A stretch of 64,000 nucleotides of DNA from Kiritimatiellia bacterium. Lineage in GTDB: Bacteria > Verrucomicrobiota > Kiritimatiellia > JAAZAB01. Where the stretch lies: assembly GCA_040767085.1 (NCBI GenBank), contig JAXGPF010000010.1, positions 128,001 through 192,000 of the forward strand, in the 5' to 3' direction. The translations under genes and the position numbers were made by a program. Position 1 is the first letter of the stretch. Every line of letters starts with the position of its first letter. Under the pieces are notes generated by a model, which was given only the letters and a program-made list of their open reading frames with translations, made no database searches and was not told where the DNA came from. Shown here in pieces: positions 28,588-36,934 of this stretch.

Positions 28588-30399
28588 ATGGCCATGCAAT
28601 TGTATAAAAGAAATACCTCTGGCTTAGCGGAGCGCTTCCGTCCCGTCAAGACGCACATCGTTTACTTCATGGTTGTGGCTGCTTGCGCATGGCTGCATGC
28701 ATCAGCGCAAACCACTTATGTCGCCGTTAGCGGCAGCGATGTCACCGGCGATGGCTCGGAAGGCAACCCCTACCTGACGATCAGTAATGGCGCGGCGATG
28801 GCGGCGCCAGGTGATACCGTGCTGGTGGCGGATGGCGTTTACACGCAAACCACAAGCATTTACATTGCCAGCGACATTACCGTGCGCGGCATGCACGCGC
28901 CGACCGGCGCGGTGATCACCACCATGTATCCGGACATCAATTATTCCACGCGGTGCGTGCGGGTAAGCAGCCAGGGCGCAGTTTTCGACGGTTTTATCAT
29001 TGAAAAGGGATATCCGCCGGACGTCGCCGCGCATCAGTATGCGCAGGGCGGGGGCATTCTGCTGGAAGCGGGCTTGGTGACCAATTGCATTATCCGCGAC
29101 AACCAGGGCCGGTTTGGCGGCGGCGCTGCATTGTGGAATTCCAATGCCGTGATGCGTAATTGCTGGATTTCCAACAATATCTGCGCCTACGGCGTCAGCC
29201 GGGGCGGCGGCGGCGTGGTCTTCGGCGATATGTATAAAGATCATGGCGGCGCCAGCCTCCTGGACTCCGAAGTCCGAAGCAATACCAGCGTCATGGCCGT
29301 GAATTATGGCGGCGGCATTTATTCCATATCGGCCAATGGATTGATTTCCAACTGCCTCATCGCGGACAATGTGATCACGGGCAATTCGTATGGCGGCGGT
29401 GTTTACGTGGAAGGAAATGGCTTAAGGATCGTGGACTCCATAATCAGCAATAATTCGGCTGGTTTGAGCGGCGGCGGCATCTGTGTCCACAAGAGTGGGT
29501 ATGCGGAAATTAGCGGCGCGACGGTCACGCATAACCTGGCGCAGTATGGCGGCGGAATTCATGCCATGCGCACGGCTGCGGCCAGCGGCTTACTGGTCAG
29601 CAATTGCATCGTCAGCTTCAACTTTGCCTCAAATAATGCCGGCGGCGGGATTATGGACGGTTATGTGTCAGGGGCCACATCCACCGGCGGATTAACGGTG
29701 TTGGACACCAGGATCTTTGGCAATAATGGCACGCGTTACGGCGGCGGCGCGTTTGTCTATACGCACGGCACGGCAATCTTTCACAACTGCGAGTTTCTCA
29801 GCAATAACTTGCCGGAACCTTCGAGTCATGGGGCGGGCATGTATATCGGCACCGGCAGCGCCTGTGTGATCGTGCGGAATTGCCTTTTTGCCGGCAACCG
29901 GTTAACCAACACCGATACCTATGCCGGGGGCATTCGGATATATAATAAACTGGGCGCCAACAGCGGGCCGCAGCCGTTGGATGCCCGCTTGGAGTCCTGC
30001 ACGCTTGTAGATAACGAAGCCCGGTATTACGGCGGGATGAACATGCCGGCCAGCGGTTGCGAGGGATGGAATTGCCTGATTGTTTCCAACACGGCCGCTA
30101 CCTACCCGGACTTGCTGACGGGCGCCGAATTCATAGCGCCATTCCATTATTCCTGCAGTCAGGCATTGACCAATGCGGAAAATGTGAACATTACCAATGC
30201 GCCGGAGTTTGCCGGATATGCCGCCGGCGACTATCGGTTGCGAGGCGGCTCTCCCGGCGTCAATGCCGGCAGCAACCGCGTATGGATGGCTGGCGCGGTG
30301 GACTTGGACGGGCATGCGCGGATTGATCGCTATATGCGCCGTACGGACATGGGATGTTATGAGCATCTTCCCATCGGAACACTGTATCAGGTAAGGTGA
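28588..30399 (+). CDS. Secreted right-handed beta-helix repeat protein with a choice-of-anchor-Q-like C-terminus
   Basis: Signal peptide; TYVAVSGSD..GDGS..NPY.TI..A; many GGG(I/V)..NC.I..N repeats; GDYRL..GSP.VNAG..DLDG..RI..DMGCYE. Confidence 0.85.
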   Translation: MAMQLYKRNTSGLAERFRPVKTHIVYFMVVAACAWLHASAQTTYVAVSGSDVTGDGSEGNPYLTISNGAAMAAPGDTVLVADGVYTQTTSIYIASDITVRGMHAPTGAVITTMYPDINYSTRCVRVSSQGAVFDGFIIEKGYPPDVAAHQYAQGGGILLEAGLVTNCIIRDNQGRFGGGAALWNSNAVMRNCWISNNICAYGVSRGGGGVVFGDMYKDHGGASLLDSEVRSNTSVMAVNYGGGIYSISANGLISNCLIADNVITGNSYGGGVYVEGNGLRIVDSIISNNSAGLSGGGICVHKSGYAEISGATVTHNLAQYGGGIHAMRTAAASGLLVSNCIVSFNFASNNAGGGIMDGYVSGATSTGGLTVLDTRIFGNNGTRYGGGAFVYTHGTAIFHNCEFLSNNLPEPSSHGAGMYIGTGSACVIVRNCLFAGNRLTNTDTYAGGIRIYNKLGANSGPQPLDARLESCTLVDNEARYYGGMNMPASGCEGWNCLIVSNTAATYPDLLTGAEFIAPFHYSCSQALTNAENVNITNAPEFAGYAAGDYRLRGGSPGVNAGSNRVWMAGAVDLDGHARIDRYMRRTDMGCYEHLPIGTLYQVR

Positions 30400-30480
30400 A
30401 ATAATGCCTGGCGCTTAGCCCTCGCCAATAGGTAAGCCTGGCGTCATGAATGTGCACTGGGCGCGATGGATGGATCAATT

Positions 30481-31629
30481 ATGAGTAAACCGGATACAAT
30501 CAGACTGGGGCTGGTGGGTTTTGGAGACCCCTATAACGGCCATAACAGCGGACGCGGTGGTAATGTTTTCCAACAAGCGATCAGCGGGTTTGACGGCGTT
30601 ATTCCAACCGCGGTATGCGATATATCAAAGACCGCTCTGGCTGCCGCAAAAGAAGTGTTCCCAAAGATCAAAACCTTTGCCGACTTTGATCAAATGCTGG
30701 CCAGCGTGCATCTGGATGCGCTGATCATCGGCACCCCGGCCAATCTGCACACGGAATTCGCGGTCAAGGCGCTCAAGAAAAACATTCACGTGCTTTCGGA
30801 AATCCCATCGGTTACCAGCGCAGGCGAAGCGGCAACCTTGTGGGAGGCGCATAAAACAAGCCGTGCATTTTACATGACCGGTTCTAATCCGGCATATAAA
30901 GGCTGGGTGCAAGCGGCGGTTGAACTCAAACGCAAGGGACTGTTCGGAGATCTGATTTACGCGGAAGCCTCTTATATCCACGACTTGCGCAGCTATTTTA
31001 AACGCACACCCTGGCGGGCAACTTACGCGCCAATCCTTTACTGCACGCATTCGCTGACACCCATTTTGCGCTTGATTGATGAGGATTTCGATTGCGTTGC
31101 CTGTTTCGATACCGGCAGCCATATCAACAAGAAGGATGGGCAGCATGACGTGATGACGGCGCTGTTACGCACTCCCTCCAACGTGGTAGCGCATCTGACG
31201 GTGTCATGGATCAATAACTATCGCGGCGGATCGCACTTTTCGCGGTATTTCACTACCAAAGGTTGTTTCGAACAAACGCCGAACTACCAGACCCTGCGGA
31301 AAGAGCCCGCCGCCGCTGGCGAGCGCACACTGTTTTATTCCAGCGAGCTGCCGCTATACAATAATTGGATTGAATTGCCGGTTGGAAGAATGCCGCCGGC
31401 TTACGCCGGGAACCCCAAGGCTCATGCGCCGGGCGCGCATGGCGGCATTGATTATGCCATGTTGGACGCTTTTATCGGCGCAGTGCGGTCAAACGGCCCG
31501 TCGCCGATCAGCTTGCGCGATGGATTGCGCATGTCGCTTCCCGGAATATATGCCGCGGAATCGGCGCGTCAGGGCGGAGAATTGGTGCGGATTAAATACC
31601 CGTGGGAGGCGCGGCATCGCGGGGCGTAG
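30481..31629 (+). CDS. Gfo/Idh/MocA family NAD-dependent oxidoreductase (GH109-like)
   Basis: IRLGLVGFG Rossmann strand, IGTPANLH, HVLSEIP, EASYIHD, YCTHS, AHGGIDY. Confidence 0.88.
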   Translation: MSKPDTIRLGLVGFGDPYNGHNSGRGGNVFQQAISGFDGVIPTAVCDISKTALAAAKEVFPKIKTFADFDQMLASVHLDALIIGTPANLHTEFAVKALKKNIHVLSEIPSVTSAGEAATLWEAHKTSRAFYMTGSNPAYKGWVQAAVELKRKGLFGDLIYAEASYIHDLRSYFKRTPWRATYAPILYCTHSLTPILRLIDEDFDCVACFDTGSHINKKDGQHDVMTALLRTPSNVVAHLTVSWINNYRGGSHFSRYFTTKGCFEQTPNYQTLRKEPAAAGERTLFYSSELPLYNNWIELPVGRMPPAYAGNPKAHAPGAHGGIDYAMLDAFIGAVRSNGPSPISLRDGLRMSLPGIYAAESARQGGELVRIKYPWEARHRGA

Positions 31630-31820
31630 CGCCGCCTTTGTCATGAGCGGCGCAATGCGTCGCGATCCGGGTTGACGCGTCCCGGCATTCTGGCGCGCAA
31701 GCAGCGCGTCTCTCTTTTCCCCAAACACCTGAAGGCGGCCTTGCCGGAAATTCACTGGCGTTCGCGGTAAGCACCACCTTCGGTCTTTATGGCGGAAAAT
31801 CCGTAGAAATCATTTGTGGA

Positions 31821-31849
31821 TTGTGAAGGAATGCCGCGTATGGTAAGTT
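31821..31849 (+). promoter_or_regulatory. Candidate extended -10 promoter upstream of the repeat/GxxExxY cassette
   Basis: TTGTGA-17bp-TAAGTT with TG-N immediately before the -10. Confidence 0.4.
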
Positions 31850-31910
31850 ATCGACTAACTGGTGATCCGGCAGGCCTGCCGGAATTTGAAACGACCGGCA
31901 ATCGCCAGGA

Positions 31911-32152
31911 CGGAAGAAGGGGAGATTTCACCACGAAGGACACGAAGAGCACGAAGGATGATGTCGGAAGAAGGGGAGATTTCACCACGAAGGACACGAA
32001 GAGCACGAAGGATGATGTCGGAAGAAGGGGAGATTTCACCACGAAAGACACGAAGGATGCCGGAAGCAGAGAAGCGTACACCACGAAGGACACGAAGATC
32101 ACGAAGGATGACAAGGGGAAAAGGGGAGATTTCACCACGAAGGACACGAGGA
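31911..32152 (+). repeat. Left tandem array (5 copies) of the CACCACGAAGGACACGAAGAGCACGAAGG motif
   Basis: Two identical 54-bp units (31911-31964, 31965-32018) plus three degenerate copies, the last ending at the ATG at 32153. Confidence 0.95.
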
Positions 32153-32524
32153 ATGAAATTCGATGAATTGTCGAATCGGGTGATTGGTTGCGCAATTGAG
32201 GTGCATCGGGTGCTTGGACCGGGGCTGCTCGAATCCACATATGAGCAATGCCTGGCGCATGAGCTGAAACTGAACGGCATTGCCTTCCATCTTCAGCACC
32301 CGCTGCCGGTCGAATACAAGGGCGTCCGTTTGGACTGCGGCTACCGTGTTGATGTTCTGGTGGAGAACGCGCTGATCCTGGAGTTGAAGAGTGTCGAGGA
32401 AATTAAGGGTATATATGAGGCGCAATTACTGACATACATGAAGCTGGCCGGAGTAAAGACTGGTTTGCTGATCAACTTCAACATCACAATGCTCAAGGCT
32501 GGCATCAAGCGTTTTGTTCTTTAA
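32153..32524 (+). CDS. GxxExxY protein (PD-(D/E)XK nuclease-like fold), 123 aa
   Basis: IGCAIEVHRVLGPGLLESTYEQCL, YRVDVLVE..ILELKSVE, EAQLLTYMKL..GLLINFN. Confidence 0.95.
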   Translation: MKFDELSNRVIGCAIEVHRVLGPGLLESTYEQCLAHELKLNGIAFHLQHPLPVEYKGVRLDCGYRVDVLVENALILELKSVEEIKGIYEAQLLTYMKLAGVKTGLLINFNITMLKAGIKRFVL

Positions 32525-32525
32525 C

Positions 32526-32676
32526 CCTTCGTGCTCTTCGTGTCCTTCGTGGTGAAATAAAAACAAATAAAACTTCGTGCTCTTCGTGTCCTTCGTGGTG
32601 GATAAAAACAAATAAAACTTCGTGCTCTTCGTGTCCTTCGTGGTGAATAAAAATACTATGTGCTCTTCGTGGTGAA
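32526..32676 (-). repeat. Right tandem array (3 full copies plus 1 partial) of the same motif, inverted
   Basis: CTTCGTGCTCTTCGTGTCCTTCGTGGTG at 32527, 32573 and 32618, partial at 32660; A-rich linkers; 32526-32558 is the exact reverse complement of 31925-31957. Confidence 0.95.
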
Positions 32677-32691
32677 TAAACAGGAGTTAAC

Positions 32692-34350
32692 ATGCTGTTC
32701 AAACTGAATGCGGCCAAGCGGAAATGGGTGGATAATGCCTTCTCGAAAATGAGCGTGGCGGAAAAACTCGGGCAGATGGTCTGTGAGCGCGCCAAGACGC
32801 TGTTTGACGGCGGCGCTTCGCCGGATTATATGGCAAAATATCCCATCGGCAGCGCCTTTGTCGGCGCGGAAATCATTGACCAGACCAGCGACAGCATTAC
32901 GGATGTCAGGGAGAAGTGCGCAAAACTGCGCGCCATAACGCGCCCGGAACAGGCGCTGCTGCTTTGCGGCGATTTTGAACATGGCGCGGGCTGTGTGATC
33001 AGCAGTCTGACCCGTTTCCCGAATCCCATGGCACTGGGCGCAGCCAACGACCCGGCCTTGGCATATGCCGAGGGCGAAGCGATTGCCGTGGAGGCCTGCG
33101 GGCTGGGCGTACGCTGGGCCTTCGCGCCGGTGGCGGATTTGAACTTGAACATCAACAACCAACCGACCAACCACCGCGCTTTCGGCGACGATCCGGAGCA
33201 TGCCCTGCCGCTCTTAAAGGCCTATATCCGCGGCATGCAGGACCATGATTTCGCCGCCTGCGCCAAGCATTTTCCCGGCGATGGCACAGATGACCGCAAC
33301 CAGCATAACGTGACCTCGCTCAATACGCTGGCCATGCCGGACTGGCACAGGCTGCATGGGCGCGTCTTTAAGGAATTGATTGACGATGGGGTGCTTTCGA
33401 TCATGATCGGACATATCGGCTTGCCCGCTTACGAACCGGCGGATGCGCGCGGCATGTTCCGCCCCGCCACCGCCAGCCGCCGGCTGATGACGGATTTGCT
33501 CCGGGGCGAACTGGGATTCGAGGGGATCATTGTCACCGACGCCCTGAGCATGTGCGGGTTCTGCAGCTTTGCCGATTATGAGCAGCGCATGCTCGATTGT
33601 TTTAACGGCGGCGCGGATGTCTTCCTTTGGCCCGACCCCCCCCGGTTTTTCGAACTGATGCTGAAGGCGTTGGCGGATGGCCGGGCTGCGCTGGAACGCC
33701 TGGACGAATCGGCGCGCCGGGTACTGGAGTTCAAGGCGCACCTGGGCGTGGACGAAAACCGCATCCCGCCGCCGGTATCCGCGGACACCGTGGCGCGTTA
33801 CCGCGCCGCGGCCGACCGGATTGGCGAAAAATCCATCACCTTGCTGCGCAATCGCAACGATCTGGTCCCCTTAAAAGTCAAGCCGGGCGACAAGGTCTTG
33901 TTTTTAAAGTCCGAACACATGCCCGACCGGATGAAGACCGAGCGGTTTGCGGTGTTCTTCAAGGCCTTTACAACGCGCGGGGTGGAAATTACGGTGGATA
34001 AATTCGAGAAATTCGGCGATTACCGGGAGCGGTTGGACCAATATTCCCTGGTGGTGTTGATGGAGCATGTGACCACGATGAACGCCAATGGCTGCATCCG
34101 CGCGCTGGGGCCGATCTGGCCGTTCATGGCGCATCCGTTCGAGCGTAAAATCTGCGTCTCTTTCGGCACACCATACTTCCTGCATGATGTGGCGTCCGCC
34201 GATACATATATTAATGCTTATTGCAACAGCGACGCCACCCAAGCCGCCCTGGGCCGGGCGCTCTTCGGCGAAATCCCCTTCGTTGGGACCAGTCCGGTGG
34301 ATTGCGGGTTTGAATTCAAACGCGGGGATGGGCTGACAATCAAAGCTTAG
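32692..34350 (+). CDS. Glycoside hydrolase family 3 (beta-N-acetylhexosaminidase/beta-glucosidase type)
   Basis: EKLGQM, DFEHG, FAPVADL, CAKHFPGDG, IVTDALSM nucleophile motif, SITLLRN, SFGTPY; no signal peptide. Confidence 0.92.
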   Translation: MLFKLNAAKRKWVDNAFSKMSVAEKLGQMVCERAKTLFDGGASPDYMAKYPIGSAFVGAEIIDQTSDSITDVREKCAKLRAITRPEQALLLCGDFEHGAGCVISSLTRFPNPMALGAANDPALAYAEGEAIAVEACGLGVRWAFAPVADLNLNINNQPTNHRAFGDDPEHALPLLKAYIRGMQDHDFAACAKHFPGDGTDDRNQHNVTSLNTLAMPDWHRLHGRVFKELIDDGVLSIMIGHIGLPAYEPADARGMFRPATASRRLMTDLLRGELGFEGIIVTDALSMCGFCSFADYEQRMLDCFNGGADVFLWPDPPRFFELMLKALADGRAALERLDESARRVLEFKAHLGVDENRIPPPVSADTVARYRAAADRIGEKSITLLRNRNDLVPLKVKPGDKVLFLKSEHMPDRMKTERFAVFFKAFTTRGVEITVDKFEKFGDYRERLDQYSLVVLMEHVTTMNANGCIRALGPIWPFMAHPFERKICVSFGTPYFLHDVASADTYINAYCNSDATQAALGRALFGEIPFVGTSPVDCGFEFKRGDGLTIKA

Positions 34351-34440
34351 TGACTTATTTTACAGTTGCTGCCAAAAAACACGAAAATTAATATTGCTAA
34401 ATGTAACGGCTGCAACGGAAAATAAGACACAGTGAAGGTT

Positions 34441-34568
34441 AAAGTGCAAGCTACAAGCTTGTCCAGTGGCAACTGGATGCAGTTAGCCCGCAAGCGGGAA
34501 GGATCTGATATCGTGAGCTTATTCCGTGCCAAAATACATCCAGTTGCTACTGGACAAGCCTGCACTTT
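34441..34568. repeat. 128-bp REPIN/MITE-like inverted repeat
   Basis: GCTTGTCCAGTGGCAACTGGATG (34457-34479) pairs with 34537-34559 at 22 of 23 positions; outer AAAGTGCA/TGCACTTT. Confidence 0.75.
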
Positions 34569-34744
34569 AGACCATGCCAAAAAGCGTGGCAAGCTTGTGA
34601 CTTTCGAAGGCGACCGGAGGCCACTTTGGCTGCGGCTGCCATAGCTTTGGTGCCGGCAGATTGTGGCCGCAGGCCGCCTTGTATTATTAACACCCGAATA
34701 TTGCGCTTGCAGCGCGCAAAATTCAGACATCTGAGAGGAGCGCT

Positions 34745-35554
34745 GTGCGACAAGCAACATTTAAAAAATCGCAGTTGCTCTGTTTCTGGATGGCTGCCTT
34801 TGGTTTGACGGGATTACAGGCCGAGGATTTAAAAACACAAAACAAAACAGACAGTTCAGCCGGCCCCGGCGCCGGGCAAGTCGTGGAAGCCGAACTGCAT
34901 GAGGATGTCACCGAGGCCTTTGCCAACCCCAAATCGGCGGGAAGCCTGCCCCGGGTGCTGATCGTCGGGGATTCCATCTCCATCGGCTATACCGAGCCGG
35001 TACGTAAGAATCTCAAGGGCATTGCGGACGTGTTCCGCCCTTCCGGGAACTGCCAGGATACCGGCGTCGGGTTGGCGCAAATCAGGAATTGGCTCGGGAC
35101 AAGCCAATGGGAGGTGATCCACTTCAATTTCGGCATCTGGGACACGCATTTCCTCGATGCGCAGGGCGCCCTGGTGCGTGGCGAGGACAAGCCCGGTTTT
35201 GAAGAAAGAATGGCAAGGGCCGGCATCCGGTTGCGTCATCCTCCGGAACAGTATCGGGCGAATTTGATACAAATCGTGGAAATTCTCAAAGGTACCGGAG
35301 CCAGACTTATCTGGGCCAGTTCCACCCCGGTCATGCACCGAAAGGGCGAACGGCTGGAAGCCATCCCGACGCTTAACCGGGTTGCCGCCGAAGTCATGCA
35401 ATCCCAAGGCGTGGCCATTGATGATTTATACGCATTTGTCATGCCGCATGTCAAGGAATGGCAGAGCGCGGATCAAGCCCACTTCACTGATGAAGGTTAT
35501 CGGCAGCTCGCCGGGCAGGTGTCCGACTGCATCAAGAAGCAATTGTCCCGGTAA
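34745..35554 (+). CDS. SGNH/GDSL hydrolase (esterase)
   Basis: LIVGDSISIGY, HFNFGIWD, DQAHF (DxxH); signal-peptide-like N-terminus; start uncertain (GTG). Confidence 0.88.
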   Translation: MRQATFKKSQLLCFWMAAFGLTGLQAEDLKTQNKTDSSAGPGAGQVVEAELHEDVTEAFANPKSAGSLPRVLIVGDSISIGYTEPVRKNLKGIADVFRPSGNCQDTGVGLAQIRNWLGTSQWEVIHFNFGIWDTHFLDAQGALVRGEDKPGFEERMARAGIRLRHPPEQYRANLIQIVEILKGTGARLIWASSTPVMHRKGERLEAIPTLNRVAAEVMQSQGVAIDDLYAFVMPHVKEWQSADQAHFTDEGYRQLAGQVSDCIKKQLSR

Positions 35555-35784
35555 TGGTTGTCGGTCCAAGAGTGTAATAACAAATGGGAGGTGCGGATGG
35601 CGATATCTGCCTGACTGCGCCTGAAACCACGAATAACTAGTCCGATCCGGACAAAACCCGACCCGGACAAAACCGGGCAAAAAATCAGAACAGTTACCCG
35701 GAAACAGTCTCCGGCGCTTGCAAGCCAGGAATACTTGACTTTGCAAGCACATCAAATTATTGTTAAAAATAATTTGCAATAACA

Positions 35785-36894
35785 ATGATCACTGCTTTGG
35801 ATATGAGACAAATTTGCTCAAAATACTTGTTCCTGTTTTTAGGCGGAGTCATGTTTCTGCCTCAGAGCGCGCAGGCTGCCTGGCTGGAAGGATTTGCATG
35901 CCGCCGTCAGATAATCATTGATTCATCCAGGATAGACGCGGATTTGTCGAATTTTTCAGTGTTGGTCCGGCTTGCAACCAATAATTTCAATTTTGCCAGG
36001 GCCATGACCAACGGTTTCGACCTGCGGTTTACCGGCGCCGATACCACAACGCTGCTGGCATATGAGCGGGAACGGCATGATGCCGTCGCGGAGTCGGCGG
36101 AATACTGGGTGAAAATTCCATTGATCAGCAGCAACGCGGACACGGTAATTTACTTGTATTACAACAACTCTGGTGCAAGCGACGGCGCAGATCCGGCCAA
36201 TGTGTGGGACGCGGATTTCGATGCCGTCTGGCATAAAAACGATTTGACGGAAACGACGATTGGCGACAGTACGGTTAATGGGTATGTCGGCAATAAGCGC
36301 GCCAATAACGCGCCCGCCGAAACGGCCGGCAAAATAGGGCTGGCCCAATCCTACAACGCCGCGAACACAAGTTACATTGATACCGGCTATTCCAATAACT
36401 TGAGCGGCAATGGCGATTTTACCGCCAGCGCCTGGGTGAAATACACCGGCAATGTGTCTTATGCCGTGGGCCAGGCCCGTGCCATGGAACCATATGCGTC
36501 TGACTGGTTTTTCCCTTTCGGTTCCACATGCATATTTTGGATGCGGTCCAAAACACTCGGCAGTGTAGCCACGATTAATAACGACCTCTGGCATTATCTC
36601 GCCTTGACCTGGGATCAATCCGCCGCCCGATTTATCGGATATGTGGATGGAAATAATATCGGAACATCCGATGTGGTCGCCGGCTTTGGAGGAATTGGCA
36701 GTGTGAAAATTGGCGCGCGGCCGGACTTGACTACCACCTTTTATTCCGGATCCATTGATGAAGTCAGGATTTCCCTGGTTGCCCGTCCGGCGGCTTGGGT
36801 CAAGGCCGAATATCATACCGGGAATGATTCGCTCCTGACTGTTGGTCTGGAGCAATCCGCCCCGTGTAAAGGCTTGATTGTAAAGGTACGGTAA
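35785..36894 (+). CDS. Secreted DUF2341 + LamG-like surface protein
   Basis: Signal peptide; DLRFT..LAYERE..YWVKIP..IYLYYNN (DUF2341); WHYLALTWD..YVDG..GSIDEVRIS..WVKAEY. Confidence 0.85.
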   Translation: MITALDMRQICSKYLFLFLGGVMFLPQSAQAAWLEGFACRRQIIIDSSRIDADLSNFSVLVRLATNNFNFARAMTNGFDLRFTGADTTTLLAYERERHDAVAESAEYWVKIPLISSNADTVIYLYYNNSGASDGADPANVWDADFDAVWHKNDLTETTIGDSTVNGYVGNKRANNAPAETAGKIGLAQSYNAANTSYIDTGYSNNLSGNGDFTASAWVKYTGNVSYAVGQARAMEPYASDWFFPFGSTCIFWMRSKTLGSVATINNDLWHYLALTWDQSAARFIGYVDGNNIGTSDVVAGFGGIGSVKIGARPDLTTTFYSGSIDEVRISLVARPAAWVKAEYHTGNDSLLTVGLEQSAPCKGLIVKVR

Positions 36895-36934
36895 ATCAGC
36901 CAGTCAACATTCCTATGCTAACGGATTTTTCAGC

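Noticed and set aside
31816-32280. ORFs reading through the repeats (31816+, 31848-, 31855-, N-terminal extension from 31862)
   Set aside because: Periodic peptides (TTKDTK, FVSFVV, SPRRTRR) arise from stop-free repeat DNA; family similarity starts at ATG 32153.
31911-32676. CRISPR array interpretation of the repeats
   Set aside because: Linkers are repeated rather than unique, the arrays are inverted around a gene, the repeat is non-palindromic and no cas genes are present.
32426-32795. Minus-strand ORFs with HHEGHEEHE repeats that look like metal-binding peptides
   Set aside because: They are translations of the right repeat array overlapping two real plus-strand genes.
35641-35685. CCGGACAAAACC short direct repeats
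   Set aside because: Only two full copies and one partial; no evidence of function.
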